Shown: positions 26,446 through 41,198, counted from the stretch's first letter. The stretch is DNA of 64,000 nt from Takakia lepidozioides (GCA_030704615.1 CM060732.1:79050001-79114000); one strand, 5' to 3'. The notes: generated by a model not told the origin, from the letters alone. Made by a program: numbers and translations.

Positions 26446-26999
26446 CGATGTTGGTGTTGTTTTATATGAAAATGATCATAGTGCCTCCACATGCTGTGAG
26501 CAAGATTTTGTTAGGGTCCAGAGGAAGATGATTCCATCCAGAAGTTGCTAAAATTGTCTGTAGCAGGTCGAAGATGAATTCACTGCAGCTGAAAATTGTT
26601 GTATTGTCTCAACCTCTAGACCTTAGGAGAGCCCGACTGCATTTCCAAGCTTCGTAGGGATGCCTAAGAAAGCAGGATTGCTACCATTAAGTAGTAAAGT
26701 GACTGGCCGACGCCAGCATAAATAAGAGCCGCTTCATCTCACTGTGTTTGTCCTCTGGAGAGTGGGCTCTCTCAAAGATGGTGTACTTTGTCGGAATCAG
26801 ATTTCAAGATTTGAGGGTCTGAGTATGGTCAAGTTGTCCTGGGCTTGAGAGTGCTAGGGGCTTTTGTTTGAAATGATTGCGTAGTAAGTCTACATAAGCT
26901 TTGGGGCTAGGAGTGGTGAGAGCATCTTATTGATTTACATTGAGCAGTGAATTCCATCTAGTCCCAAGGCTTTTCATTGTTTCACAAGGGGGAAGAGTA

Positions 27000-28080
27000 G
27001 TGTTTGATGACTTTCACATCAAGACAAGTTGCAAGCCGTAATATCAACCATTTCATGAAAGCGCACTTCAATCAAAGTCATACTTCTGACCTCCTTTGCA
27101 TGCTTACATGACACATTTATCTCCCCTCTGTTGGATGGGTTGGTTAGCCCTTCCTTCTATGAGTAGTGTTGGCTTGGAAAGAGACTGATTGACAAGACTT
27201 TAATGAAGTGAATTCACAAAAGGCCAATGCCAAGTTTCCTTACTTGGGGGTTGTTGTTGTGATAGTATGTGAACATACACTTCTCACTCAAAGTGGTGGA
27301 GGGAAGTTTTAGAGAGATTTTCATATCCGAAGTGTGGTCACTGCAGGAGTCGCTCAGAAAACCTGATGAAACTTTTGGGCCGGCAGACAAGGATTCGTAC
27401 ATTGCCTTTCATCGTGGGTTTCTTAGTCGCCATCTCTCTCTACCTAGGGTGACCTTGATGGGCCTGCCTCGTTAGCTGTGGATCAACAATTTAAAGTAAT
27501 CAAAGATCTGAAGTGAGCGCTTTGCCCCCACTTCAAGTTAAGTTAGTCTAGGACATTTTAAGGGGTTTCAATTACTTGAGCTTCAGCATCAGGCTAACCT
27601 CGTTGGACTACAACAGGATATTGTGCATCAGTTGTAATTTTCCAGGACCTCTCCCCTCACTGACGCACACACTCAGAATAGGCCTGACATTCGTTGTTGT
27701 AGCTTGCAAACCAACTGGCCGTCCACCAAAAGTGCCATCGTTGCCGAGTTTTGCTCGACAGGAAAATATGTAGATCCTCCAAAAAACTTCAGTGCTGATT
27801 GCAAGCTTCACACGGAATAAGTTTTCACGCATTTTCACTGTGTTAGTGTTTCTTAAACGTTGTAGAAGGGGCTATGTTTGATTGTTGGCCCTGCTGGCAA
27901 GGACATAGAAATTGAGTTGGATTAAAACTGCTATGTGGGTCCTCTCCATCTCTCTTGGGTTTCACCCCTTCATGTTCGATGAGAGGGAGACACTGCTGAG
28001 GTGGTGTTGCATGGATTAATCTGGAGATTGTCGAGTCGCAGGATGGGTACCGCTGACTCCAAGCCCCTTCCACCTCAGGT
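27000..28080 (-). mobile_element. Possible highly degenerate LINE (endonuclease region) remnant
   Basis: Only weak, stop-ridden resemblance to L1 endonuclease segments. Boundaries uncertain. Confidence 0.25.
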
Positions 28081-28626
28081 CTTCATCTCTCCCAAGTGGA
28101 GTTTGTGAGGTTTGTGGGTTTAGAAAATATGTTTTTGTTTGTGCAGTTTGCGATTTCTGTTTCCATGTATGTAGACCTCTTGCATCAATAACAAGTTAGA
28201 GCTGGGTAGTCAGGGCGTGGATCTGAAGCGGGGACATCTCAAGAGTGCATGACGAATCTCTAATGTCTAGCCCACATGTTGTAGGATGTGGGAATGCACG
28301 CGAAAGGTTGTTGGGGTCTTACAACTGACTGACGGTAGTTTGAGAGAGATTTTTACTGAGTCATTGAGGGGCTGGAAAATCTCGCCTGGCACATGCAAAT
28401 CATTAATCTAAATGCATCCAAACATTCCTGGCATAGGGTTGATTGGGGGCATCTTGCAGTGCTGGTTATCATCGCAGAGGTACCCACATAGAGAGAATTG
28501 ACGCACACAAATCCTGACAACAGTACAAATGCCTCTTTTAAATCTACGGAAGGCCTTGGGGTGGATCCTTATTGGATTCTCCATGTGCAAGTTGTGGTGG
28601 AAAGGTGAAAGTCGCATATCATTTGT

Positions 28627-31389
28627 ATGGAAACACTCAGCAGCACTTCACCAGAGTATATGTTAATAATTTCTGAGTGGTGTTGTGAGCAGGGGGCTGG
28701 AGATGAGATCACTACCATAATCGGTCGGAGTGAAGAAGTGGATCCCATCTTAGAGAAACTTCAAAATCTACGAGTTGTAAGTAAAATTATCTGGTAACTT
28801 TGGCCCTCTCAGTGGTTCCGTTTCTCACCTCTTTTCACCTCTTTTCACAATTTAAATGTGGGGCTAATATATCCGGCGAGCATCTAGTAGACTTGTTTGG
28901 ACCCTTGTGCCAGCTTTCCTTGCTGCTGTCTAAAAGCATTGACCATACAGCAATTAAGTGAACATTCTGAGAGCTTCTCTGCTCCTACAATGAGATCACC
29001 TTTGGCTGATGGCTTCTTTCACTTTTTCGGAAGGAAATTGGTTAATATCTCCGAGTATGGAAAAGTAAAATATGTCACCATGCATGTATGTATATGGTTG
29101 AAGAACTGAATACCTGTGGCTAATGTTTTATGTTTCGTCTTCTGTGGTAGGCTTTGTTAGTGGAGCCTAAGAAGAGAAAGCCAGATGTCTACCATGCAAG
29201 GTCTCTAAACAACCTAACAGGACCATCAGGTGGGTTCTGCAACTGTTCTTAACCAAAAACTCACAAATAAGAGGCTCATGGAAGTTTACTATCTTTTTTT
29301 GGGGGTGGGCAGGCAGAACCCTTACTGAAACCGCCATCCGTGGAGAGCAGTTTGACAGACATACTGTTGCAGCGCTCGTTGTCTCATTCTGTTGAATATG
29401 GTCTGTTGAGCTTCCAACACCAACTGAGCAATAACTGGACACATGGAAGTCTGAGAGAGCTTTGTCCACATTTACTACTTCTACTGGAACGGTACATAGC
29501 TGTGCTTTGTCAAGTTGACCATTAGGGTCACCAATGCTGATTTAGACATTTAAACTGGTTTCATAAGTTATTGGGGTTGGGATGGCTGGTAGGATCATGG
29601 GATGCTAGCAGCACTGCACAGCTTTTGGGTCTGTACCGGGAGTGGCAGCGCCTCACAGCTGCCCAAGTTAGCAAGAATCAGGTGCTCTCTCTCTCTCTGT
29701 CTCTCTCTCCATGAGCTTTCTGCGGACGTTATAAAGCACCATTTCATTTCTCCCCCACAGTTCATCGACTCTATAGCTTGGAAGCAGGATCGCCCTGTCA
29801 AACAGGCTAAAGTCCTAGCAGAAGAGGGTAGAAGAGATTTTCAAGGATCTGAATCTTAAGTCCGCAAGTCTTTACACTGCTGGATTAATCTGACTTAGAG
29901 GCTGTAGTGTCCAAAGCCATGTCTGGTGCCAGGAAATTGTCTGATGAAAATGAAGTTAGGCAGAAAATTTCCCTGAGCTTGTTTTCAGCGGAAAGCTTAC
30001 TTTGGACAACAGAGACTTAGAGAGGAAAGGGGATCGCAAATGCCTGTTGTGTGGGCAAGCTGAAGACAATATTCACTTTCTGATTCATTGTCCTGGGTAC
30101 TCTCACCAGAGAGACTCCCTCTTCAAATTCATCAAGGAAACTGTTCCTGTACCTCTGTTTACCAGCTTTGAAAATCTCGAGGCTGTGCCAAAAGCCCAGG
30201 CCTTTTTGGGGTCATAGTTATTGAGCAAATCACACACATTACTTACATTGAAACAAACAATTGATCCGAGTTTCCCAGATATCCTCTAGAAATCCCTTCA
30301 CACAGACATCAATCTGCACTACCGGCGTCAGCCCCTGACAAAGGTAGTTTCTGTCCCTTTGTGTTCCGCTCAGACTGGATGCGAGGTCAATGGCCACAAG
30401 GCTACAGCAGCGGCATCTTATGAGTCATTCTCTCTCGCTCACAAACGGCAAAAAGTCTTCTGAGTACATTAACTCTTCCGCCCAAGGCACAGGGTCTATG
30501 GGCACAAGGCTATGGCAAACGTCTCATGAGTACATTCTGCCCCTTATCAGATTGTGGTCCTGTCCCTCCCCTTCTTTTTGCATGGGCAGGAGGAGCTAGG
30601 GTTCAAGATAGATGCAGTGGAAGCTGTGGCGATGAAGCTGCTGCAGCGCCTCAACTACTCAGCATCTGTCATGAAGAGCAGTGCTTCCCACCTCCAGGAT
30701 GGTCTGTTCTTCTCCCTGCATTCGGATTCATGATCTGTGACAACAACTAAATGTACTGATAGGTTCCCATGGCTGGTTTCAACTTCAAAGCATGCAATTC
30801 TGCGCTGGTCACCTGCTGGTGGGATATCCATGGAGGGAAATTTTGTCTAGCCTGGATGTTTCACCGAATTCTCTTGTTGGAGTTGAACTCTGATTACCAG
30901 TCTGTAGGTTTGTGGTGATGAGATGATACTTTCTTTGAAGCTGAGAAGAGGCAGCCAGAAGACCAAGCAGTTTGTGTAGAAAATGTGGATGTTATCCATC
31001 ATCGCCATGCTCTCAGACACCAGAGTATCTTGCTAGTTGCAGGTTAAGTGGTGGGTGCTCTTGGGCATTGGGCAATCTGTGGTAATATAGAAAAATGTCT
31101 GGTTGCAGTACAATTCTTGAAGGTGGAGGTGAGGGAGATGAAGCAGGGGTTGAGTAAAGTCCTCGAGAACTACAAGGTCCTTTGCAAGCGTATTGAAGCC
31201 CAAGGCCCAGACTTCTTGCATGGCACCAACCAGCCTGCTTCACGCACTGTTTCTTTGCTCAACAGAGAGCAAACACTTGGGGGTCCCTCGCTTCCTACGA
31301 AGCACCTGGTTGATATGACATCACAGCTCAAAAGCCAGCCATCATCCTTGGTGGCTTTATCAACACAATCAGATGGCAGATTGCTGTGA
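28627..31389 (+). CDS. Conserved plant coiled-coil protein (BORCS5/LOH1CR12-like, tentative), 5 exons
   Basis: Phase-consistent GT-AG exons: 28693-28776 (GAGDEITTIIGRSEEVDPILEKLQNLRV), 29313-29400 (AEPLLKPPSVESSLTDILL), 29593-29681 (LLGLYREWQ), 30590-30701 (AVAMKLLQRLNYS), 31109-31389 (LCKRIEAQGPDFL...stop). In-frame ATG at 28627; the true start is uncertain. Confidence 0.8.
29750..30470 (+). mobile_element. Non-LTR retrotransposon 3' fragment (intronic)
   Basis: CLLCGQAEDNIHFLIHCPGYSHQR is a C-terminal CCHC motif of LINE ORF2. Family-shared 3' tail. Confidence 0.75.
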
Positions 31390-31959
31390 AGCACTGACAG
31401 AGAGGAAGGTCTGAGGTAGACTTAGGAGCTTCGTCTACATTTGTAACGTTTGAAAGGATGTTTGCACTGCTTTTGCATCAAACTAGTTCTATAAAGAAGA
31501 AACTTCACTGGAGCGCAAATGATAGTGTACATGATGAGAGAGATGAGAGATTTTGTTGAAAGCATCCATATGATCACCCTCCCACATGGACAATGGCTGC
31601 GGATGTGGGATATGAAACTTGCTCCTTGGAGATGGTATGAACACAACTGGTGGGGTATAACATTGCAAAGATGGCCCACACACAGTGGCACCACTTGACA
31701 TTACTGGTGACTTCATGCAGTGTCAAGACCCAGCAACATATCAACTTTCCTCTCCTTTCATGTGGCTTACTGATCTGTTGTCACAGAAGAGAAGAGATAG
31801 CCCTTCTAAACTTACATAAACTGAAAAGTGTTAAACATGTTGTACTTTATTCTAGCGACGACCGAAGGTCCGGAGCTAGTTTAGCGTAGAGCAGGAATAG
31901 GGTGCCATAGTGCGTCGTCATCGTCGCCACGTTATCTGCCTGGACTGCCCGGAATGTTT

Positions 31960-32670
31960 TCCTGGTCTTAGCAGGCAGTGTTTCAATGGTGGGGAGGCTT
32001 GCAAGATCTATGAGCGAATGCGGCGGGAAGGGACAGGGTCTGCATTCTCAATGCATGTGCCAGCCTACAAGCCCTAGAAATGGGCAAGCAGGTCCATGCT
32101 GCCATCAACAAGAGTGGCATGTATAGCCTGATATCATTCAGGAGACTGCGCTCGTCGACATGTATGGCAAGTGCGGGAGCTTAAAGGATGCCCAACAAGT
32201 GTTTGACAACATGGCTCAACGAAAGGTGGTCTCATGGAGTGCGATAATTGCAGGATATGGTCAGCATGGCTGTGGTAGGGCGGCTTGCCAGATGTATGGG
32301 AAGGTGTGACACCCAACAATATTACATTCATTTCTGTTCTCAATGCTTGTGCCAGCCTAGGAGCTCTGGAGAAAGGTACAGAGTCCATTTTGACATAGTG
32401 GAAGCTGGAATTGCACCAGATATCATTCTGGAGACTGCCCTTGTCGATATGTATGCCAAGTGTGGGACCTTGAACGATGCCAGACAAGTTTTTGACAAAA
32501 TGTCTCAACGAAATTTGGTCTCATGGAGTGTGATGATTGCAGGAATATATGCCCAACATGGGTGTGGTACTGAGGATTTCGAGATGTATAAGCAGATGAT
32601 ACGGGAAGGCATAACGCCCAACAAGGTCACGTTCACTTCCATTCCCAATGCATGTGCCAGCATAACAGAC
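31960..32670 (+). pseudogene. PLS-class PPR pseudogene fragment
   Basis: TALVDMYAKCGTLNDARQVFDKMSQRNLVSWSVMIAG...ITPNKVTF, with frameshifts and deletions. Confidence 0.85.
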
Positions 32671-34685
32671 CAACGCAAGGAGCCCTTCCAATCTGATATG
32701 CTTACGTACACTCTAGGGAGGGCAGGTAAAGGACACTGTGAAAATCTATTTCATTGCGTGATGTGATCGATTTTTATTTCGCTTGTCTAGGTCGCCAAGG
32801 AAGAATTTGGAAGGTGCTGGTATTTGCAGTCTGACATTCAGAAATGGGGTTGCGACTGCAATGGAGTTATGAAGTTAACAGGGATGTTAAGAATATCCAT
32901 TGTAACTGCACACAATATGGATGGGGTCGAAGGGCTGCAAAGAATCCTTAAAGCTATGAGCTGTTATGCAGATTTCTCTCTTCTCTCTTTATCATCCATG
33001 TTTCACCGCCTCCAGATTCCTGACTCCTTCTATCTGCCCAAGATATTTAACTATTTTTCTTAGTCTATCTCAGTCGATGCCGAGTGGGCCACCCTATTGT
33101 AAGGAAATCCTTGATATTAACTGTGGCCAGCCATGAATTACCCCTCCCACGAATCCCAGAAACGTTTATAGGAAGAGTGGACACTCTGGTCTGGGACCAG
33201 CTCAGTATTGTCTGTGGCTTGCCTTTTGTGTGTTGGACCTGTGTTTTATGGACCCTCTTTGGATTTGTAAGAAGGTTTCACCCTGACTGTGCATCTTGTA
33301 TTCAGGAAAGTTAATGATGTTTCCCCAGACTGATTGACTACGTGCGCACAGCTAACTGTGGATTTGCGAGCACCTTGCAAGCTGGAAATCACAACCCTTG
33401 CGGGAGCATTGGCAGCTGCTGTCGTATTGGAAAAGTTTTGCTTCATTTGATAGTAGGTGTGGTTTCCTGGATTGGCTTGAGTGTTGTTTAGAAATTCCCA
33501 ACCTTGGGGATGGATGTGCTTGGGAGCATGGTAGTCCAGATCCAAAGCTGTTAAGACAGTTACCCTGATCACACAACCTTGAAAAGACTCTTAGGACTTT
33601 GAAGTGAGCCCTAATGGACACTAAAGAACAGCTAATACTGTTCGTCCTCCAGTTTCGCTGCATGACTGTATCTAAGTGCATGTCTGTTGCTCTCTATGTT
33701 CACAGAGTGCCAGTAAGTGCAATCTTCCAGATTTGATTGCTTGGTGTACCATAAATGTGTTGCCAACTACACAGCCTAGTGTTTTGAAAAACACACGCTA
33801 GCCTTTTGATAAAGGCTGCACCACAGTGGAAGGAGGTAGATATTTTGGGCCTTCTTCAGACTGGTTACCTTGCAGCCACGCACCCAGTAGGCTAGACAAA
33901 CTCCCAGTTGGGTGTTACTCTTGTATGATCTAATTTGTCTTTTGGCAACCGGCAACGTTATCTGTAGCTGGTGGCATTCATGAATTGAACATTGAGAAGT
34001 AAGTTATGGAAAGAGTCCAAAATGGTCCGTGGCGGTCATAATAATAATATTCCCAAGCCTGCTGGTCTTAATTTCTGTACCTGTGAACATAGTAGTACCT
34101 TCACTGCTAGGTTAAGTGTAGACCCTGCAAGCATATGAACTGGAGGGAGGGAGATGTCCTCATTAAACTCGGTTTGTTGCAGCCTTGTGGCCATACACCT
34201 GTAACCATTTTGGGTTAAGGTGGAGAGGGGGATATGAAGAAGGGAATTTACAGCCATCAGCAGAGCTCACTCCAGTATTGCAATCTCCATAAACCTCAAT
34301 TAATCCAGAAGGGGTTTTCCTTCTATTATATTGATTAAACTTATGCCTTGAAAATCGCCTTGTAGACCTTGTTCCCAGACTTGGAGCTGTTTAGAGGATG
34401 AGGAGATAGAAGGAGAAGCAATGATGCACAAATCCTAGAGCAGGAGGTTCAATGTGTGAACCTGTCACATATCATGGCATCCATCAGTTCAAAGAACTAT
34501 GTGCATTCTATCTCATGTCAAGTGACTTGAGGAGCTCCTTCAAGGCTTTGACACAGTATTCCACTGCAACAGGACTGCAACACAGTAGGTATCGAATATA
34601 ATATGGGGAGTAGCATGGGTTAATTCCCTAGTAGTTTGATCCACAGCAGTGAATCAATATTTCATTGAAAAGAAACATCGCATAC

Positions 34686-36746
34686 CTTAGCAATGTCGCC
34701 CAGTTCTGATATGGGGTCCACAGCTGTTGATGACGCGGTCCCAACCTGCAAATACCCCAGTCCCATCATGCACAAGCATGTCAAACAGATGATCCAAGCG
34801 TCAAATTATCAAAGCTGGAAATTTGGAACTCTAACCTCTGCAATAGATGCACTTGCCTCACAAATCTTCTGCTATTAGCAGTTGTTGTGCAGCAATACTG
34901 AATGGACTTTGTGATCACATAGGGGCCCATCCACAGAGAAATGCACCTTTTGGGGCTAAGATCACTAGCAGGTCAATACCCGCAAAGGGACCAGAAAGAA
35001 AAACACATCAATCTTGTCATGAAGAGGATGCTCCTAATAGACAAGCAGCCAGAATCCCTGTCCTCTACTGAAAAGAAGTACAATCCAGGCCCAGATACCA
35101 AGTTAATTTCAGCAGACGTTTAGATATTTGGAACCGATGCAGTGAGAAAGAATGGCACAAGGCCAGCTGCAATATCAGCCCCTACAGCTTTTGCAAGCAC
35201 TGCTGGTGACAAGGCATAGTTTGTAGAGGCATTGTAGCGGTCGAAAATTGTTCATGTTGATGCCAGTTATCTGTATACGATCACCAAGAAAGTTAGACAA
35301 CGGGCACGTAAGTTCCAACCAGAAAGAAGAATTATATACAGGAGAGGAAGCAGGGAGGGGTAGTAAGAGCCTGGGAGGATCTGTTGATTCTTGTGCGAGA
35401 TGTCTATCTGGCAGGCCTTTTGCACACATGAATGGCTTTGATCCGAAGTGTAGATGACAAGCTTACGGGCACCGCTTCAGCCTCAGATATGCCATAGGTG
35501 CTCGTCACTTCTTTCAAAGCACGCTTGCGGGCTGCCAGCATCACTACCAACACCGCCTCACTGGCAGTTCCTTGAATGACTCCCCCACCCTTGCCTGCCA
35601 TTTCACACTCCCATCTTTTGGTGAATGGCCAGCCAACACTGCCCACTATCATAGCAAATGAATAGGAGTATTCTAGTCACACTGGCTCAGAGTTGTGGAC
35701 ACTCAAACACCTACCTGGTAGGCAAGCTAGTGCACTGCCCTCATAACCATAGGTAGATAATTTACTCATAAGATGTTTGCTGTAGCCTTGTGGCCATAGA
35801 CCCCACACCGAGTTTGGGCAGAACTAAAGGGAACAGACAGTTCCTTTGTGTAGACAATTAGCTCTAGAGAGCCCTTCACACATGCATCAACCTGATGTGT
35901 GTGACCTGCCCGGCAAATAGACCCCAACAGGGCCATGGCTTTAGGCTCAGCCTCAAAAATTTCAAAGTTGGTGGACAGAGGTGCAGGGACAACGTTCTTG
36001 ATGTTCCTGAAAAGAGTCACTCTCTGGTGAGAATATCCCGTGTACCAAAAAATAAATATTGTCTTCAGGCGCCCGCACATCGGGTAATTACAATCTCCTT
36101 TCCTATCTGCATCAGTGTATTGTTGAAAGGTAGGCTTCCCCACCCTGAGTATAAATTTCAGTCTGGTGCGGAGGGTAGGTAGGCTCTTCAGATCATTCTT
36201 AAGGTCCTCACCCATGTCAAAGTCTGGAAACAAGTTCAGGGAAGGTTTATGCCCAACTTCATTTCCATTGGATAGTCTTTGGGCATCCAATATGGCCTTA
36301 GACACTGCAAACTTCAGGTCAGCTTCATCTAGCAAGGTCAATTCTTTTGGGCTAATATTCAGTTACTTGTAAATCTCTTCTACCCTTGTCAGCCAGGACT
36401 TAGCCTGTTTTACAGGACTGTCTTGCTTCCAAGAAATAGAGTCAACTATCTTAAGGTATTCAGTATTAGTCATACGAGTATTAGCCATAGGTGGAGAGTC
36501 GCTGGGATAGATACCAGAGGACAGAAATGCATTGGGAAGCTGTAAAAGCTTGCCGAGCCAGTCTAGCACAATGCTTTCCAGTTCTGGTGCGGCTGGGGAT
36601 TTAATCCAACTGAAGCCAAGCACATTGAAGCCACCACTGAGAAACTCTCCTAGCAAACCTGCTGTGCTACCGTTGTTAGGGAAATAGCCAAAAAAATTGG
36701 GGCTTTGCCAATGCGTGACCCCGGGCAAGATTTTGCTCTGCAAATC
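34686..36746 (-). pseudogene. Aromatic-L-amino-acid (tyrosine) decarboxylase pseudogene
   Basis: [18 protein letters not shown]...[19 protein letters not shown]; GKGGGVIQGTASEAVLV; YTSDQSHSCVQKAC after a frameshift; GTASSTAVDP. No 5' or 3' end; a LINE lies in an intron. Confidence 0.85.
35766..36460 (-). mobile_element. Non-LTR retrotransposon 3' fragment in decarboxylase intron
   Basis: Same family as 24690-25460, in reverse orientation. Confidence 0.75.
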
Positions 36747-37439
36747 TGCACACATCAAGCATTGAGATATTCTCAGGGTAACAAACTTCACAATGATGCC
36801 ACAATCATGAAGTTGTGTGGGCAGGCTTAGAAGCTAAGACTTGGCATCCTTCCTATGAGTAAACTTGGTTTTAATGGCAATGCTGAAAAATACACTCAGA
36901 CCTGACGTGTGGCATACATGAAGGGCGGGTATCGAGTCAACAAGCATTCCTACCACCAAGGCTTTGGGGCTCATCCTCGAGATTTTTGAAGTTGGTGAAC
37001 ACGGCGTGCAGGAACCCTGTTCTTGATGTTCCTGAAGAGGGTTTGCAGATCATGAGATCGGGTCCTTGCTCTTGTCATAGATTGAAAACAAGTCTAGGGT
37101 AGTTTATGCCTAACCTCATTTTCAAAGGACAGTCTTTGGGCACCAAACAATATAGTTTTGGACACAACCCCCTCTAGGTCTACTCCCATTGCGAGGATCA
37201 GAAATGCTTGTGGGCTTACATGCATGGAGCTGCGATGCTTAGAAACTATTTGTTTATGCCGAGGTGAGTTCCACACTACCGGAGTGAGCCCCTCACAAGG
37301 TAGTTTCTGGTCCCTTTTGTTCCATCCAAACTGGGCGTGGGGTCTACGGCCACAAGGCTACGGCAAAGCAACATCTTCTGAGTACATTCTATTGCAAATT
37401 GATGAAATCAGCTTACTAGCATGCCTTTGGTGATTTCAA

Positions 37440-37950
37440 AGACTCCATCCCGTTGTACATATCTTGTAATCATGGGCTCCATGATCACACCACATTTCGT
37501 TCAGCCATATTGTTGAACACTCCCTTTGCATCCTTGATGCACCCACATTTGGCATACATGTCTTCCAGCAGGCTCGCACATGCACTACAAAAGGCAAACA
37601 AACGTAATGTGGTCGGACTTCACCCCCTCCCACATCATTTGCTCATAGGTCTGCAAAACCTGCAATCCCCGCCCCTGTTGTGCATGTCCTGAGCGATCAT
37701 CACGTTCCACGACACCACATTTCGCTCAGCCATATTGTTGAACATTCCCTGTCCACAAGGGTAGTGTTCAGAATGACATCTGCCACAATTCCAGCTTTGA
37801 CGATGCAACCATGGACCTCTTTACCCTTCTCCAGCAGGCTCGCACATGCACTACAAACGCAAACAAACGTAATGTGGTCGGGCTTCACCACATCATTTGC
37901 TCATAGGTCTCCAAAACATACAATCCCCGCCCTTGTTGTGCATATCCTGA
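37440..37950 (-). pseudogene. PPR array fragment (3' half, split by inversion)
   Basis: VKPDHITFVCVCSACASLLEKGKEVHGCIVKAG. It continues the 43940-44387 fragment across the inversion breakpoint. Confidence 0.85.
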
Positions 37951-40900
37951 GGTGCAGGCCAAGGGCAGGCTCAACATGGCCAAGGACGCGGAGGTCAGGG
38001 TGGTGACCAAGGTATGGCCAACCGGCTTCAGCAGCTAGAGCAGAGGCTTGCTGCCATGGCCACAACTCAGGTGGTACCGGCTCCAAGGCTGGATGGTCCA
38101 CCTCCTGCTCCTGAGGGAGGAGACTTAGGAGGCATGGGATTCATGTGCGGGGCAGCACTACCACTATGGGTGGGGCACCACTACCACTTGTGCCAGGCAG
38201 TACTACCACTACCACTATGTGCGGGGCATGACTACCACTAGTGCAAGTGGAGTCAGCTGCGGCAGTGACTAGAGGAGCAGCACGAGTTCCTGAGCCACGG
38301 GGTACGGAGGTGGAGTTGGATCCACAGCGTGGGGAAGCAAGCCGTCAGGCCAGGCTTCCTCAGTCATTCACATTGGCGGAGACAGTATCGACACCATCCA
38401 TGGCACCTAGTTCCCGCCCGACTATTACCAAGGCGGAGGTTACTATGCCATTGGGGAGAGCTACACGGGCAGCACCACTACCTAGTGTTGCCAAGGCTAC
38501 GGCAGCTAGTGTGCTGCTGGGGGCGGCCAAAGCTGTGTGCCAGGCTCCATTGTTCTCGGCTACCATGATTGTGACGCCGGGGGTAAGACCAGCTGAGGTG
38601 TTCAGGCTGGCAGCGACACTCTGTGAGAGTGGGGAGGTTACTTCATCTTCTGCGGAGATAGTGGGAGGTGTAGTGCCGGAGGGATCCTCGGATGTGAGGG
38701 TCAAGACTGCCACGGCGGCACCATGGCAAGCTGCAGTTGCCAGATTGATGGAGCTGTCAGCTAGGCCGGCCATTGAGCGCGCCATGGTGACACCTGGAGT
38801 TATCATGTTAGACAACCAGGATGACATTTTCTATTTGAGTGGACCGGCAGGCAAGAGGTATCGGCCACTGCGGGTCTTGTTGGACTCGGGAGCTCAGCCA
38901 TTGATGTTGGGCAGAGCTGCTATTTTTTCGACTGGGACCACGGCGGTGCTTTCTCTTTCTGAGGCGTCACGTTGTCAGGTTTTGGGGCAAGCTATGGATC
39001 TAAATTGCTTGACTTGGATTATCAGCTTGGTTATGGCTGAGCAACGAAGAGTGCGGAGAGCACTTCCCTTGACGGTCTCTCTGCCTACCGAGACGGTACA
39101 GGCAGTGAGTGGGGGCGAGCCGGTGAAGACCACGGGGTGTAGACATCCATGGCACACGTGGGAGGTGCTCGAGGTTCAGAAGGAGTTGACAGCCAAAGCG
39201 GCTGTGATGGATGAGGTTGGGAATTCTTCTCGGGTTGAGGAGGTCCTCAAAGATGAGATGATGGGGCAGGTGGAGGCATTGTCATTGATCGAGCAGGCAG
39301 GGAGTACTACTCATGAGGTTGCGGCATGGCAACCACGGGACGCGTCCTCTACCTCTAAGTCTACTGGACTGAAGGTTGCAGTTACGGAGGACAATTGGGA
39401 GCCTGACATTGGACCCATTGTTACTGGAGGAGAAAGACGACGTATACAGCGGTTCCTGAGGCTTACAGGAATTGCTTTGCCTCTCGTGCTACGGTGGAGC
39501 ATGAGAGACATGTTCAGGTTGTGCATCGACCGGGTTTGGTCAATAAGGATGCGAATGGATTGAGTCGCAATCCATGCACGAGCCAGCAGGATGACACTGG
39601 AGCTCGGTGACATGGTGAGACGGATGAGGAGATGGTGTCGGGATGACATGCATCTGCCTTTTTTGTGTATCTTGGCATCGGGAGGCCAGGTTGGACCTAC
39701 AACAGGGATGACTGTAGACGGAGTGTCTGAGGACCCTGAGGCTAGTGATGAGCCAGGTGGTGCCAAAGATATACATGAGGATTCGGTTGTGTTGGACTAC
39801 CTCTGCACTGGAGACACGACAGCTAGTGTGACTGCCAAGGAGAGGGATCGGATTTTACAACGAGCCAAGAGCTTCAAGTGGGAGGGGATACACCTGCGAG
39901 TGTAGGAGGATGGTCGGGTGAGGATCGTGCCTCACCCAACACAGCGTGCACGGTTAGTGCGGCATGCCCATGAAGAGTTGGGGCATTTTGGAGTGCAACG
40001 CACTCATAGTTTACTGCAGGGGCAGTATTGGTGGCGTGGTATGCACATAGAGGTGCAACAGTTCGTGGCTAGGTGCATGGTGTGTGACAGGGTGCGTGCT
40101 TTATTCAATGCCCCTACACCACAGTTGCATCCTTTACCCATCATGGGATTGGGCTACATGTGGAGTCTTGACTTCGCAGGGCCTTTGCCACTGACGATGC
40201 GTCACCACAGATATGTGTTGGTGATAGTGGAGCACTTCTCCAAGTGGATTGAGTTGGTTCCATTGCCTGACAAGGCTAGTGAGGGGGCTGCGTATGCATT
40301 CCTGGATCGTGTGCTTAGCCGATTCGGTGCTCCAGGAGGTACTCACGGACCAAGGGAGAGAGTTCTTGGGGGAGTTTCAGGCTTTGTGTGATAAAGCCTT
40401 GATAGACCACCGTACCACTTCTCGGGATCATCCTGAGGCCGATGGGCAGAGAGAGTGGTGCAGACGGTGAAGAGGGGTTTGCGCAAGTATGGCTTGCAAA
40501 AAGGACACCAATGAGATTGGGATCTTCAGGTACCTTGGCTAGTCATGGGCTACAGGTTTAGCAAGCAAGCATCACTTGCCACCTTCTCACCATATTTTCT
40601 TCTTTTTGGCCGAGAGCCAGATTTGTCTGCGTCTATTCGCAGGGAGGCTGCAATAGTCCTCAACCTTGATGATCCGGATGTGTGGATACAAGCATGTGCC
40701 CAACGGGCAGAGTTGTTCAAGAGAGTCATGCCTATGGCTTTTGAGAATCTTGCTATTGCCCAACACCGAGACACATTGAGGTATGTCACTATACGTGGAA
40801 GGGGATATCGGCCAGGTATTTGGCGTTTCCACCGTGGGGACTATGTGTATATGCAGCAGACAGCGCCTACGACCTTGGATGTCACAGCAGGACGTGTGAT

Positions 40901-41059
40901 TCTAAGGGTCAGGGAGGTGTTACCTTCAGGAGTGTTGATTCTGGAGGGTCGAGATGGCATGGTATGGAAGGACCATGTGCGTAATTGTGCGCCATGTCAC
41001 CTTCCACATGTGGATGGGATGATAGATCCCAACCTTGCAGTGGTACCTGCAGGATTGCG

Positions 41060-41198
41060 TTGCATGCTATGTGGGCATGCTCGTGGTGCCGCCACTATGC
41101 TGGTGTGTGATCGATGCTCAAGAGGTTGGCACATGGGATGCTTATCACCACCTCTTGAGAGGGTTCCTGATGGAGATTGGTTATGTCCACACTGCTTG
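41060..41198 (+). CDS. PHD finger at integrase C-terminus
   Basis: CMLCGHARGAATMLVCDRCSRGWHMGCLSPPLERVPDGDWLCPHC is a C4HC3 PHD, in the same ORF (40545-41204) as the integrase tail. Confidence 0.92.
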
